A DNA stretch of 64,000 nucleotides from Pseudomonadota bacterium (GCA_036130055.1 JAYYOR010000011.1:11733-75732), one strand, 5' to 3'. Shown: positions 17,665 to 27,631, counted from the first letter of the stretch. Translations and numbers: made by a program. The notes: generated from the sequence alone by a model not told the origin.

Positions 17665-18646
17665 CGCTCTCTTTGGTATCTGCTTTTATTGTCATGAAAA
17701 ACATTGTCAACAGTCCTAGAACCAACAAAGCAGCAACTCCATTATGCGCGACTGCAATATAAATAGGCAGATTAGCCAACACGTTTGTCACCCCCAGCAG
17801 AACTTGAGCTATTAGAATCCCACAAACAATAGATGCCATTATCTTAAGTTTTTTATCACAAGCTATCAAAGTATAGACCACTAGACCAACGATAGCTATT
17901 GCTGTCACTATCGCCCACACCCTATGAGTAAAATGTATAGTAGTTCTAGCTATAGAATCTAACACGCCATATTCAAAATTCTGACCAATCCCCCTCCACA
18001 ATGTAAAGGCCTGCTTAAAGTCTAAATTGGGAATTAGTACTCCCTGGCAATTTGGTAGATCAGTGCATGCAAGAGCTGCATAGTTGGTACTTGTCCAACC
18101 CCCTAAAAAAATTTGAATAGATAATATAATTAAACAAAAAATAATGAACGGTCGATAAAACGCTGGTAAAGATACCGTTTTCACAGGGCTAAACCTATTT
18201 CGTAAAAACGACCACCAGAGAAGGCTCAATGTTACAAATCCACCAATAAGATGGCCAGTTACGATAAGAGGCTTTAACAGCAAGGTAACCGTCAATAGAC
18301 CCAAAAACGCTTGAAACATAATCATGGGCAGCAACATTGTTTCAGCTGAAAAAAATTTTCTACTATGTCCATTTATCCAATAACAGCTAAACAGGACTAA
18401 AATACCAAAACCAAGAAGGCCCGCTAAATATCGATGGACCATTTCTCGATAAGCTTTACCATAATCCATACCTGGAGCAAAATTAAAATTAGGACTATTT
18501 AAATCACTTACCACCAACTTGCCATAACAACCTGGCCAATCAGGGCAACCCAATCCGGCGTCTGTTAGCCGTACGTAAGCACCGTAAAGAATTACAATAA
18601 AAGCAAGTCCGACAAGTGATAATCTTCCAAGTGCTCCTTGTGTCAT
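17648..18646 (-). CDS. ctaA: heme A synthase (COX15/CtaA family)
   Basis: 332 aa multi-TM protein. N-terminal GLGCPDWPGCYG motif and conserved His residues (HRYLAG, HFTHR). Adjacent to the heme O synthase gene. Confidence 0.85.
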   Translation of the reverse strand: MTQGALGRLSLVGLAFIVILYGAYVRLTDAGLGCPDWPGCYGKLVVSDLNSPNFNFAPGMDYGKAYREMVHRYLAGLLGFGILVLFSCYWINGHSRKFFSAETMLLPMIMFQAFLGLLTVTLLLKPLIVTGHLIGGFVTLSLLWWSFLRNRFSPVKTVSLPAFYRPFIIFCLIILSIQIFLGGWTSTNYAALACTDLPNCQGVLIPNLDFKQAFTLWRGIGQNFEYGVLDSIARTTIHFTHRVWAIVTAIAIVGLVVYTLIACDKKLKIMASIVCGILIAQVLLGVTNVLANLPIYIAVAHNGVAALLVLGLLTMFFMTIKADTKESVENVC

Positions 18647-19230
18647 CTTATTCTTGAGCCTCGCAATAATTTTGAAATGTCTTTTTTAAATCCATTAAGG
18701 TCTAGTTCTGGATAATAGAGCATCATATATCCACGCCAATCAATTAAAACTACACCGTTATCAAGAGTTTGGCCTTCTTTGATATCGATTCGATTGTCTA
18801 AGACTTTAATTAATTCTTTAACTTCGCTAATGCCGCCTACTAAAGCAACTAACTCACCTAATTCTCGCGATGTACTCATCTGTGAGGAGAATAATCCGAC
18901 CTTAAATCGATCATAATCTTTGCCGAGAACTTTTTTGATACTTTGCAGAGCGGTTACCCTCTCACGGCATACTTTTTCACAAGAACCCACGTTAAAGTAT
19001 AAACCTAGCCACTCACTAGGAAGCAATCCATTTTCGGCTAGTGGGCGCAACTTCTCATTCGAGCTGAGATCAAACGGAGGCTCGATTGAAATTCCATACT
19101 TTTCAGTCGGCAATGCCCTAGCTAGCCCTGAATCGATCATTATTTTAGCCAAAAGTATTGGTAATACGAATACTGCGACCAACAAAAATAGCATTAGCCG
19201 TTTGTTTTTTTTTTGTTTAATTTGAGTCAT
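18643..19230 (-). CDS. membrane-anchored SCO1/SenC-like thioredoxin-fold protein (cox assembly cluster)
   Basis: 195 aa. One N-terminal TM helix, then LGLYFNVGSCEKVCRERV (CxxxC in the position of the SCO1 CPDxCP) and VVLIDWRGYM. It occupies the SURF1-COX15 intervening slot seen in gammaproteobacterial cox clusters. Confidence 0.45.
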   Translation of the reverse strand: MTQIKQKKNKRLMLFLLVAVFVLPILLAKIMIDSGLARALPTEKYGISIEPPFDLSSNEKLRPLAENGLLPSEWLGLYFNVGSCEKVCRERVTALQSIKKVLGKDYDRFKVGLFSSQMSTSRELGELVALVGGISEVKELIKVLDNRIDIKEGQTLDNGVVLIDWRGYMMLYYPELDLNGFKKDISKLLRGSRIR

Positions 19231-19936
19231 CGAAAAATTTTTTCTTTATATTTATTAATCCTATCGCAAAAAGGACGAATGCCATGCCGAACCATTGAGC
19301 AGCGTACGCAAAATGCTTGTGTTTCTTCGTTAAGTTTTCATGTTGCACCAAATAAGAATCTGGCTCGCCTTGCTTTAAGTATAATACCTCATTGATCAGC
19401 TTTGTTTTGATGATTTCTTCTATCTGTATACGATCAATTTTTTGGATTCTGATCTTATCTTTACCAAATAATTCAAGCGCACTCTTGTCAAAGACACCGG
19501 ATATCCCCGTAAACGGAGGTTTGTTTAAATAACCAATTATTTTTTTATTTTTATAGGAAGTAACAATGTTCGGAAGTAACGACCTGATTGGGGGGCCTTT
19601 TACCCATCCCCGAACCACAAGAACTGCTGCATCCCCGAAAACAAAAGGCGTAACAACCTGATATCCAACTTGTTTTTTATAAATAGAATTATCTATAAAG
19701 ATATTTGGCTCAATGAACTTCCCCGTGACATGAACCTTTTTCCAAGCCAATTCTCCGCCCTCGCTAAGGGTCTTAACTAGGGATTGAGAAACAATATTGT
19801 CTTTTTCGCCATAAGCCGCGAAGATTATTTCTTTTTGTTTTCCGCGCTCAATTTGCCAAAAACCCAACTTAGCCAGTAAACTTACTCCAATCAAAAGAAT
19901 AAAACCATAAAATACGAGAGATGTTGTCTTAGTCAT
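19217..19936 (-). CDS. SURF1-family cytochrome oxidase assembly protein
   Basis: 239 aa. N- and C-terminal TM helices flank a periplasmic domain, with GFWQIERGKQK and VLVVRGWV motifs. Confidence 0.8.
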   Translation of the reverse strand: MTKTTSLVFYGFILLIGVSLLAKLGFWQIERGKQKEIIFAAYGEKDNIVSQSLVKTLSEGGELAWKKVHVTGKFIEPNIFIDNSIYKKQVGYQVVTPFVFGDAAVLVVRGWVKGPPIRSLLPNIVTSYKNKKIIGYLNKPPFTGISGVFDKSALELFGKDKIRIQKIDRIQIEEIIKTKLINEVLYLKQGEPDSYLVQHENLTKKHKHFAYAAQWFGMAFVLFAIGLINIKKKFFDDSN

Positions 19937-19979
19937 AAAAAGTACCGGTATTTATTTTGAATTTTAATGGAAAATTAAA

Positions 19980-20189
19980 TTGTCTATTTATAAAACAATA
20001 ATAATCATAGTTTTTCTTGCAATAATTGGCGCACTATTTTTTGGATTCCGAAACCTGATAAGGGAGGGTGGTAAGCATAAGTCTACAAAAACCGTTAAAG
20101 CGTTAACTATTCGAGTTATACTATCTTTTACATTAATAGCAATAATTTCTATTTTTTACTTTCTAGACTTGATAGGCCCGATGAGCTAA
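19980..20189 (+). CDS. twin-transmembrane-helix small protein (DUF2909/HIG1-like)
   Basis: 69 aa with two TM helices separated by a basic loop (REGGKHKSTKTVK). TTG start. Embedded in the cox cluster on the opposite strand. Confidence 0.65.
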   Translation: MSIYKTIIIIVFLAIIGALFFGFRNLIREGGKHKSTKTVKALTIRVILSFTLIAIISIFYFLDLIGPMS

Positions 20190-20203
20190 TAGACCTTTTC
20201 CCT

Positions 20204-21091
20204 TCAAACCCAATAAACGAATATAAAAAGCCCAATCCAGACTACATCTACAAAATGCCAATACCATGCTACTGCTTCAAAAGCAAAATGATTTCTTGGC
20301 GTGAAATGGCCTTTGATAGCCCTAAATAAGATAACTGCTAACATGAGAGTTCCCATAGACACATGAAATCCGTGGAAGCCTGTCAACATAAAAAAAGTGG
20401 CTCCGTAAATACCCGAATTTAAAGTTAAGCCGAGATCTCCGTAAGCATGCATGTACTCTTCTGCCTGCAAGATTACAAAAATAATTCCAAGCAAAACCGT
20501 AAGCGTTAAACCTATAATGAGCTGTTTTCTGTCTTCTTTAATTAAGCCCCAGTGTGCCCAAGTCACTGTACCCCCGCTAGTCAAAAGAATCATCGTATTC
20601 CAAAAAGGAACTCCCCAGGCCCCTATAGTTTCTTTGAACTGCGTAAAACCATAATCGGATGGTGGGGCCAACAAAGGCCACGACGCTTGGAAGTCAGGCC
20701 ATAGAAACTCCTTCGTTGCCTCTCCCGAGCCCTCTCCACCAATCCAAGGAACGGAGTAAATTCTTGCATAATAAAGAGCTCCAAAAAAGGCCGCAAAAAA
20801 CATCACCTCAGAAAAAATAAACCATGACATGCCCATCCTAAAGCTCACGTCAACCTGGGAATTGTACATACCGTTCTCGGATTCTTTTATAACAACACCA
20901 AACCAACCTATAAATACAATTAGGAGAAGTATGAATCCCAAGATTAAAATAGGAGAACCACTTGGCCCGAAATTAAAGGTTAAGGCAGCTCCAAGAAAAA
21001 TAACGAAAAGGGCAATAGTTGAAATCAATGGCCACCACGAGCCCTCCGGCACGTAGTATTTGTTTGGATCAGAAACACTTGACATATGCAC
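20204..21091 (-). CDS. coxC: cytochrome c oxidase subunit III
   Basis: 295 aa, 7-TM. GFHGFHV and AAWYWHFVDVVW motifs. Confidence 0.92.
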   Translation of the reverse strand: MHMSSVSDPNKYYVPEGSWWPLISTIALFVIFLGAALTFNFGPSGSPILILGFILLLIVFIGWFGVVIKESENGMYNSQVDVSFRMGMSWFIFSEVMFFAAFFGALYYARIYSVPWIGGEGSGEATKEFLWPDFQASWPLLAPPSDYGFTQFKETIGAWGVPFWNTMILLTSGGTVTWAHWGLIKEDRKQLIIGLTLTVLLGIIFVILQAEEYMHAYGDLGLTLNSGIYGATFFMLTGFHGFHVSMGTLMLAVILFRAIKGHFTPRNHFAFEAVAWYWHFVDVVWIGLFIFVYWV

Positions 21092-21095
21092 TCCT

Positions 21096-21650
21096 CTAAA
21101 TTTTTTCTTCGGTCTTAAAAAAGGTATAAGACAACGTAACTACATCCACAGTATCTGGAATTTTTGCATCGACGATAAATGCAACTGGCATTATTTTAGT
21201 TTGTTTAGGTCTGAGATTTTGAGCAACAAAACAAAAACAATCCGTTTTGTTGAAATAACGGGAAGCTACAGAAGGTGCTACACTGGGAACAGCGCTTCCC
21301 GTGATACTGGTTTGGCTTAAATTTGTAGCTTCAAAATTTGTAAATGTCAGTTTCCCCGGTTTCACGTAAATCTCCCGTTCGAGCGCTTCAAATCTCCAAG
21401 GCAACCCGGTCGCAACATTTGTAACAAATTGAACCCTAACAATTCGGTCCTCTTCCGCTTGTTCCGCTAACATTGCTTTTTCTTCAGTAATTACGCCGGT
21501 TTTTCCGTTGAGGCCGGTCACCTCGCATAGTACGTCGTACAGAGGGGCAAGACTGAACCCGAAGCCAAACATAATAAAAACCGCAATTGCAAGTTTGATA
21601 ACCGTCCGGTTGATGTTTCGCCGTTCAGGTGTGTTCTTTTCCATAGACAT
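21096..21650 (-). CDS. ctaG: cytochrome c oxidase assembly protein CtaG/Cox11
   Basis: 184 aa. One TM helix, then a soluble domain with the copper-binding CFCF motif (TDCFCFVAQ). Confidence 0.9.
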   Translation of the reverse strand: MSMEKNTPERRNINRTVIKLAIAVFIMFGFGFSLAPLYDVLCEVTGLNGKTGVITEEKAMLAEQAEEDRIVRVQFVTNVATGLPWRFEALEREIYVKPGKLTFTNFEATNLSQTSITGSAVPSVAPSVASRYFNKTDCFCFVAQNLRPKQTKIMPVAFIVDAKIPDTVDVVTLSYTFFKTEEKI

Positions 21651-21776
21651 TTACAACCGAGATAACACCGTGATGGCATAAACCATTAATACAACCATTG
21701 CTAGGACGCCAACTGTGACGTTGATTGCTCTTTTTTTTCCATCTGAACTGTTATTTTGGTCGGTTTTTTCCCTCAT
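21651..21776 (-). CDS. 41-aa single-TM small protein between coxA and ctaG (candidate small cytochrome-oxidase assembly/accessory protein)
   Basis: Not in the ORF track. My translation is MREKTDQNNSSDGKKRAINVTVGVLAMVVLMVYAITVLSRL, with stop TAA 21651-53 directly abutting the ctaG start codon. It fills an otherwise unexplained 134-nt gap. Confidence 0.45.
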   Translation of the reverse strand: MREKTDQNNSSDGKKRAINVTVGVLAMVVLMVYAITVLSRL

Positions 21777-21784
21777 TGTATTTT

Positions 21785-23395
21785 CTACCTTACCCCACCT
21801 TCAATAGTTGAAGGATCTGGAGGGTTATCAAAGCTGTGATATGGAGCAGGAGAAGATAGAGTCCATTCCAACCCGTGAGCACCGTCCCAAACTCGGTCGG
21901 TGGCTTTCTTGCCTCCACGTACGCATTTAATAATAATGTATACGAAAAGCAGTTGGCTCAACCCGTACACCCATCCTCCGATACTGGATATCATATTAAA
22001 TTCGGCAAATTGAACGGAGTAGTCGGGGATCCTTCGAGGCATTCCAGCTAGGCCCAAAAAATGTTGAGGAAAAAACAGAATATTCACTGAGATGGTTGAA
22101 AGCCAAAAGTGCCATTTTCCCAGAGTCTCATCATACATATAGCCGGTCCATTTGGGAAGCCAAAAATATGTGGCTGCTATCAAAGAGTAAACGGCTCCCG
22201 TAACCAATACATAATGAAAGTGGGCAACTACAAAGTATGTATCGTGATATTGGAAGTCAACCGGAGTCACTCCCAGCATTAGTCCCGAAAAACCTCCTTT
22301 TGTAATCAGAATCACAAATCCTAACGCAAACAGCATAGGAGTCTCGAAAGTCATAGCTCCTTTCCACATTGTGGCTACCCAATTAAATACTTTCACCCCG
22401 GTTGGAACAGCAATTAGAATTGTTGTGTACATAAAAAATAATTCTCCGGCAAGCGGCATCCCTACCGTAAACATATGATGTGCCCAGACAATAAAAGACA
22501 AGAATGCGATGGCTGCTACCGCATAAACCATTGATTGATAACCAAAAAGTGGCTTCCTAGCGAATGTCGGAATTATAGCTGAAATTACTCCGAAAGCGGG
22601 TAAAATTAAGATATAAACCTCAGGGTGTCCGAAAAACCAAAAGATATGTTGAAACATAACTGGATCTCCGCCACCTGCAGCACTAAAAAATGAGGTGCCG
22701 AAATACTTATCTGTTAGTAGCATCGTGACCGCACCAGCTAACACAGGAAGAGAGGCAATTAACAGGAACCCTGTTATGATCCAAGTCCAAACGAATAAAG
22801 GCAGTTTTAACAAGGTCATTCCAGGTGCCCTCATGTTAAAAACTGTTGCGAGCACATTAATGGCACCGCCTATTGACGAGGCACCTAAAAAGTGTACTGC
22901 AAAGATTAAGAATGGGAAAGCGGCTCCTGTCTGAAGGACAAGGGGTGGATACATTGTCCATCCACCTGCAGGGGCTCCGCCCGGTATGAAAAGAGTAAGT
23001 AAAAGCAATGAAAATGCAAAAGGCAGAATCCAGAAACTCCAATTGTTGAGTCGAGGAAGTGCCATGTCTGGGGCTCCGATCATCATCGGAATTAACCAAT
23101 TAGCAAATCCCGTCCAAGCTGGCATCACCACACCGAATATCATGATCAAGGCATGCATGGTGACCATTGAGTTGTAAAACTGAGGGTCTACAAACTGAAG
23201 TCCAGGTTGAAACAATTCTAACCTGATTATCATCGCCATTGCACCACCAATAAAAAACATTATTAAAGAGAATATCAAATACATGGATCCGATATCTTTG
23301 TGATTTGTGGTTGTTAACCATCTAGTCCACCCTGACGGAGCATGATGCTCGTGGTGCTCATTATGTGAAGATTCTACATTCATGGAATCAGACAT
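21785..23395 (-). CDS. coxA: cytochrome c oxidase subunit I
   Basis: 536 aa. WFFGHPEVYILILP, HHMF and YHDTYFVVAHFHYV are canonical heme-copper oxidase motifs. Confidence 0.97.
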   Translation of the reverse strand: MSDSMNVESSHNEHHEHHAPSGWTRWLTTTNHKDIGSMYLIFSLIMFFIGGAMAMIIRLELFQPGLQFVDPQFYNSMVTMHALIMIFGVVMPAWTGFANWLIPMMIGAPDMALPRLNNWSFWILPFAFSLLLLTLFIPGGAPAGGWTMYPPLVLQTGAAFPFLIFAVHFLGASSIGGAINVLATVFNMRAPGMTLLKLPLFVWTWIITGFLLIASLPVLAGAVTMLLTDKYFGTSFFSAAGGGDPVMFQHIFWFFGHPEVYILILPAFGVISAIIPTFARKPLFGYQSMVYAVAAIAFLSFIVWAHHMFTVGMPLAGELFFMYTTILIAVPTGVKVFNWVATMWKGAMTFETPMLFALGFVILITKGGFSGLMLGVTPVDFQYHDTYFVVAHFHYVLVTGAVYSLIAATYFWLPKWTGYMYDETLGKWHFWLSTISVNILFFPQHFLGLAGMPRRIPDYSVQFAEFNMISSIGGWVYGLSQLLFVYIIIKCVRGGKKATDRVWDGAHGLEWTLSSPAPYHSFDNPPDPSTIEGGVR

Positions 23396-23447
23396 TAGAC
23401 AATATCCTTTAAGTTATAAGTTAAAATATTTGCGACGTTCAACTACA

Positions 23448-24317
23448 TTAATTTCTTGCAATTTTTGGGGCCTCAATCCCATCTGTCCTCGAGGCTACCC
23501 ATTTCTCAAATTCATCCTTCTCAACGACCTTTATAACAATAGGCATAAAACCGTGGTCTTTTCCGCAAAGTTCTGCGCATTGACCCCTGTAAATACCGGT
23601 TTTCTCAATTTTTGCCCAAGATTCGTTTATGAAACCCGGAATAGCGTCTCGCTTCCAACCTAAAGCCGGCACCCACCATGCATGAATGACATCAGCTGCC
23701 GTGGTAAGAAATCTGATTTTTGTGTTAACAGGCAAAACTACAACCTGGTCCACATCCAGAAGATAATTTTCAATGCTCGAGGGGTCTACTCCCGAACCTC
23801 TTTGCCTAGCGAAATTGCTAGATTCTGCGATCTTGCTAAACATAGAAACTCCGCTGTCAACATATTCATATTGCCACATCCATTGATATCCAGTGACTTT
23901 TACCGTCATTTCAGAACCAGAAACGTCCTCCATTTTTATAAGAGCTTCCGTAGCTGGCACAGCTATTCCTATTAAAATAAAAAGTGGTATGACTGTCCAG
24001 ATAGCCTCCACAACATGATTTTCGTGCCAAGCTTCAGCTTGTGCTCCTTTTGATTTCCGAAATGCATACATTGCGTAAAACATCGCTCCGAACACACCAA
24101 TTCCTATTATCGTCACTATAATCAAGACGATCATGTGAAGGTCGTAGATATCCTGACTGAATGGGGTCACCCCTTTTGGAAGATTAAGGCCCCATTTATT
24201 ATCATTAACATTTTCGATTTGAGAGGCCAAAACAGAAAGCGGCATCATCATTACAAGAGCGGTGATTAGTCTTTTAATTAGTATCATCTTTATTCGTTCC
24301 AAATAATTGAATATCAT
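23448..24317 (-). CDS. coxB: cytochrome c oxidase subunit II (no fused cytochrome c domain)
   Basis: 289 aa. Two TM helices and a CuA site: DVIHAWWVP and CAELCGKDHGFM. Confidence 0.93.
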   Translation of the reverse strand: MIFNYLERIKMILIKRLITALVMMMPLSVLASQIENVNDNKWGLNLPKGVTPFSQDIYDLHMIVLIIVTIIGIGVFGAMFYAMYAFRKSKGAQAEAWHENHVVEAIWTVIPLFILIGIAVPATEALIKMEDVSGSEMTVKVTGYQWMWQYEYVDSGVSMFSKIAESSNFARQRGSGVDPSSIENYLLDVDQVVVLPVNTKIRFLTTAADVIHAWWVPALGWKRDAIPGFINESWAKIEKTGIYRGQCAELCGKDHGFMPIVIKVVEKDEFEKWVASRTDGIEAPKIARN

Positions 24318-24459
24318 TATCCGTTTCTCCCTAATCCCCGATCCGGATAATATTTTTTTCCTTTGTTTCAGTTTATTACTTAACTAACGATTGTTATACG
24401 TAGCTGTTTTACAAAAAAATCACATTTTATCATGTATCTACGCCTAGGTTAACAAAATT

Positions 24460-24924
24460 TTATAACAACGCGTTCCTTAATAACTTTGCAAATCTGGATT
24501 TCTCAGATTCATTAAGGAAGCTTCCTAACTCTATTTTGATGCCAGAATATGAAATGTAGAGTTTTAATACTTCCAAAGGTGTTCTTGGTCGCTTAAGCTG
24601 CACTATGACCCATCTTTTATTCGCTTTGTGGCAACTAGTTCGACCTTTTGAATGCTGCTCAATAACAAGCATGTCTCCTTCAAACCTCACAACTTCGCGG
24701 GTTTTTCCGTCAAGTTGTACAAGATAAAACGCAACAGCGAATGCCAATACTTCGATTCCACAAAATGGCAAGATAAGCGGATAGCCTAATATAAGCCCGA
24801 TCATGCCTATCATAAAACCTACGCCGGCCACAGCAAATATTAGAATTTTGCAGTGCTCCCACTTCAATGACATTGTGGGCCTTAATTCCCAACCAAAAGG
24901 TTTGTTTGATAATGAATTAATCAA
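24460..24924 (-). CDS. DUF2244-like integral membrane protein upstream of the cox operon
   Basis: 154 aa. Two adjacent TM helices followed by a soluble tail, in a position typical of DUF2244 next to coxB. TTG start; an alternative internal start is at MSLKWEH. Confidence 0.6.
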   Translation of the reverse strand: MINSLSNKPFGWELRPTMSLKWEHCKILIFAVAGVGFMIGMIGLILGYPLILPFCGIEVLAFAVAFYLVQLDGKTREVVRFEGDMLVIEQHSKGRTSCHKANKRWVIVQLKRPRTPLEVLKLYISYSGIKIELGSFLNESEKSRFAKLLRNALL

Positions 24925-24926
24925 TC

Positions 24927-25619
24927 TTAAACAGCTCCTATAACATTTTGAAAAGCTTCAAACTGGGTTAAATCAAAATCTTCATTTTCAAAGTCAACGG
25001 TTAGAGTTGGCGCACACCCGAAGATTTTTTCCAAGCTCGTTTCAACGGCACTAGGTGCAACTAAATTAGTCTCAATCCGATTCAATATCCAACCACAGAA
25101 ATTAACGTTAGCCGTCGAGATAGCATCGAAGGTCAATGAGGCATGATTTAAGCAACCGAGCTTATTCGAAACAACTAGCAAAACAGGAAGATTGAGCTTT
25201 TCTGCAAGCTCACAAACCCTGGCTTCGCTGTTTATCGGAACATGCCATCCGCCTATCCCTTCGACTAAGATTATATCAGAAATGGCTTTAAATTTATCGA
25301 CGAATTGACAAATATTATTTAAATTTATCTTTTCACCATTTAAGTGCGCAGCAATATGAGGTGAGCAAGGTTCAGGAAAAATATACCGACAATTTTCAAG
25401 TTGATTCAAGTTAACATTTGAATATTGGTGTAAAAGGCTGACGTCCTCATTTACTAATCGCCCAGAGCTCGTGTCAGCCCCGGACGCGATTGGCTTAAGT
25501 CCAACTACACTTAATCCGATGAAGTCAAGATACTTCAAGATTTGGCAGGAAACATATGTTTTACCACAACCAGTATCTGTACCAGTTAAAAATAAACCTG
25601 CCTTCATTTCTTTCTCCAA
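24927..25619 (-). CDS. bioD: dethiobiotin synthase
   Basis: 230 aa. P-loop GTDTGCGKTYV and VEGIGGW. Confidence 0.9.
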   Translation of the reverse strand: MEKEMKAGLFLTGTDTGCGKTYVSCQILKYLDFIGLSVVGLKPIASGADTSSGRLVNEDVSLLHQYSNVNLNQLENCRYIFPEPCSPHIAAHLNGEKINLNNICQFVDKFKAISDIILVEGIGGWHVPINSEARVCELAEKLNLPVLLVVSNKLGCLNHASLTFDAISTANVNFCGWILNRIETNLVAPSAVETSLEKIFGCAPTLTVDFENEDFDLTQFEAFQNVIGAV

Positions 25620-26470
25620 GAAATCACTTTCTCGATATCAGGCTTACGGGCTTCATTTAAATTAGCACTTGCATACCCATATATTACTTCGTAAGTTGCT
25701 GGTATCTTTCCATCAATCTTCTTCTTATTATAGGAATTAATTACTTTTCTAATGGTATCCGGAGCAGTTAAATTTTTATTTCTTTTTGATGAAGCGTTCG
25801 TTGCCCCAAGTCCTTTTAGGTCCTTCATAAGTTTCAGAGGCTCATCGTAGTTAACTACTAAAGTTTCACGCTCAATTACAACGTTTTTCATCCCAACATT
25901 TGCAAGATAATCCCCTATTTGATGCATATCTAAAAACTGGCTAGTATGCGAGAATGAAGAATAACCTTCAAAAGACTCTCTCAATTCTTTTAATGTATCA
26001 GGGCCTAAGGTGCTGAATACAAATACGCCAGAACTTTTGAGGATATTGTTAACATTGACAAACACATCAAACGGTTTTGGACACCATTGTATAGATAAAT
26101 TTGAATAGACCAAATCTACTGTTTCAGACTTCAGAGGAATATTTTCAGCATCGGCGCACAAAAAAAAATTTTTTTTCCTGAACAAGGGGGAGTTGGCTTT
26201 TTTTGCCACGGCCAACATCGTCTCAGCAATGTCAACACAAACCAGTCTTGCCCTATTAAATCTTTCTTGGATTTTAGGAATTGTTCGGCCCGTACCACAC
26301 CCTAAATCAACAATGGTTTTTAAATTATTTGGACAACTTTCAAGCTTATCCAATAAGCGAAGGGCTACCTCTCTTTGTAGAAAATCAAAATTTTCGTATC
26401 TTAAAGCAGCCTTATTAAACGTAGCTCTTACCCGTTCTTTGTCTAAAAACAAATTCTCACGTTCACTCAT
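25604..26470 (-). CDS. bioC: malonyl-ACP O-methyltransferase
   Basis: 288 aa. F..AA..Y....FLQ N-terminus, SAM motif VDLGCGTG, and a position between bioF and bioD. Confidence 0.85.
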   Translation of the reverse strand: MSERENLFLDKERVRATFNKAALRYENFDFLQREVALRLLDKLESCPNNLKTIVDLGCGTGRTIPKIQERFNRARLVCVDIAETMLAVAKKANSPLFRKKNFFLCADAENIPLKSETVDLVYSNLSIQWCPKPFDVFVNVNNILKSSGVFVFSTLGPDTLKELRESFEGYSSFSHTSQFLDMHQIGDYLANVGMKNVVIERETLVVNYDEPLKLMKDLKGLGATNASSKRNKNLTAPDTIRKVINSYNKKKIDGKIPATYEVIYGYASANLNEARKPDIEKVISWRKK

Positions 26471-27595
26471 TCAATGCCTCACCGCCAATAGCTCGATTAA
26501 ATGTTCTAGTTGATTAAATGAATGAAGCGCAGTCACAACAACTCGTAATCGAGCCGTTCCGGGCGGAACCGTTGGAGGTCTGATTGCCTTCACATAAAAT
26601 CCATTTTTTCGCAACCATTTCTCTTTTTCTATCGCTACATTTTCTGAATAATATAGGACTGGTTGAATAGGAGAATTAGTTTCTTTTAATGTTATATTAG
26701 CTTCTTTTGCAAGCGCCTTAAAATATCTAATATTTTTGTGAAGCGTTACATAAGGTGTACTATCAGCAATCATTAAATCTAAAGCCTCTATCGCAGCCGC
26801 TGCTGCGACCGCTGGAATGGCCGTATCATATATAAAGGTTCTATTATGGTTGATAAGATATTCTCTCATTCTTAAGGATGACAATATCATCCCGCCGAAG
26901 GAACCTAAGGCTTTACCTAAAGTTATCATTACAATTAAATTATCGTTAGCCGATTCATTATCAAAATTTACTGTTGCCCCTCGATGATTATTAACAACAC
27001 CAAAACCATGTGCATCATCAACATAAAGTAAACTGTTCTCTTTATTCGCAATTGCCCAAAGTTTAGGTATATCTGCGGCGTCTCCGTCCATACTAAAAAT
27101 GCTTTCCGTCACAATCGCTGATTTTTCACCAGTAGCTAGGGGATATAAATCTGGACAACCTAGATGGGGGTATCTTTTGTGCTTACAACCAATTGATAGA
27201 ACTCCATCTATCAACGACGCATGATTTAATTTATCGTGAAATACCCTATCTTTTCTTGTCAGTAAACAACGTAAAGTGCCTATATTAGCCAAATAACCGG
27301 ATGAAAATAAGAGGGCTGATTCGAAGCCAGCAAATTTCGAAATCCGGTTTTCTAAATCCTGATGCACTTGGCTTCTTCCCCCCAACAAAGCCGCACTTCC
27401 CGCTCCAAAACCAGATTTAACCAATTCTCTCTCTACTCGAGACAAGACTCGAGGATTCATAGCCATGCCCAAATAATCATTGCTACAAAAGTTGATAAGT
27501 TTTTTGTCTCCAATTTGTACAATTGGCCTGTCGATTTTTTGAATATTTTCAAGTTTGCGGAATTGATTCTTTTTCTTTTTTTCCGATATGCCCAA
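26471..27595 (-). CDS. bioF: 8-amino-7-oxononanoate synthase
   Basis: 374 aa. NDYLG, DDAHGFG and the PLP-lysine region TLGKALGSFGG. Confidence 0.9.
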   Translation of the reverse strand: MGISEKKKKNQFRKLENIQKIDRPIVQIGDKKLINFCSNDYLGMAMNPRVLSRVERELVKSGFGAGSAALLGGRSQVHQDLENRISKFAGFESALLFSSGYLANIGTLRCLLTRKDRVFHDKLNHASLIDGVLSIGCKHKRYPHLGCPDLYPLATGEKSAIVTESIFSMDGDAADIPKLWAIANKENSLLYVDDAHGFGVVNNHRGATVNFDNESANDNLIVMITLGKALGSFGGMILSSLRMREYLINHNRTFIYDTAIPAVAAAAAIEALDLMIADSTPYVTLHKNIRYFKALAKEANITLKETNSPIQPVLYYSENVAIEKEKWLRKNGFYVKAIRPPTVPPGTARLRVVVTALHSFNQLEHLIELLAVRH

Positions 27596-27631
27596 ATCTA
27601 AAAGTGATGCCCAGTGATTAATAGATCCACC

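Noticed and set aside
24317-24350. 7-bp inverted repeat (TTATCCG...CGGATAA) enclosing the coxB Shine-Dalgarno region
   Set aside because: The stem is short and the loop is 20 nt, so predicted stability is low. There is no second line of evidence for translational control.
26161-26176. A8T8 palindromic homopolymer pair inside bioC, checked as a possible second frameshift site
   Set aside because: The bioC frame reads through it cleanly (RKKNFFLCADAEN), and the protein is full length with an intact SAM motif.
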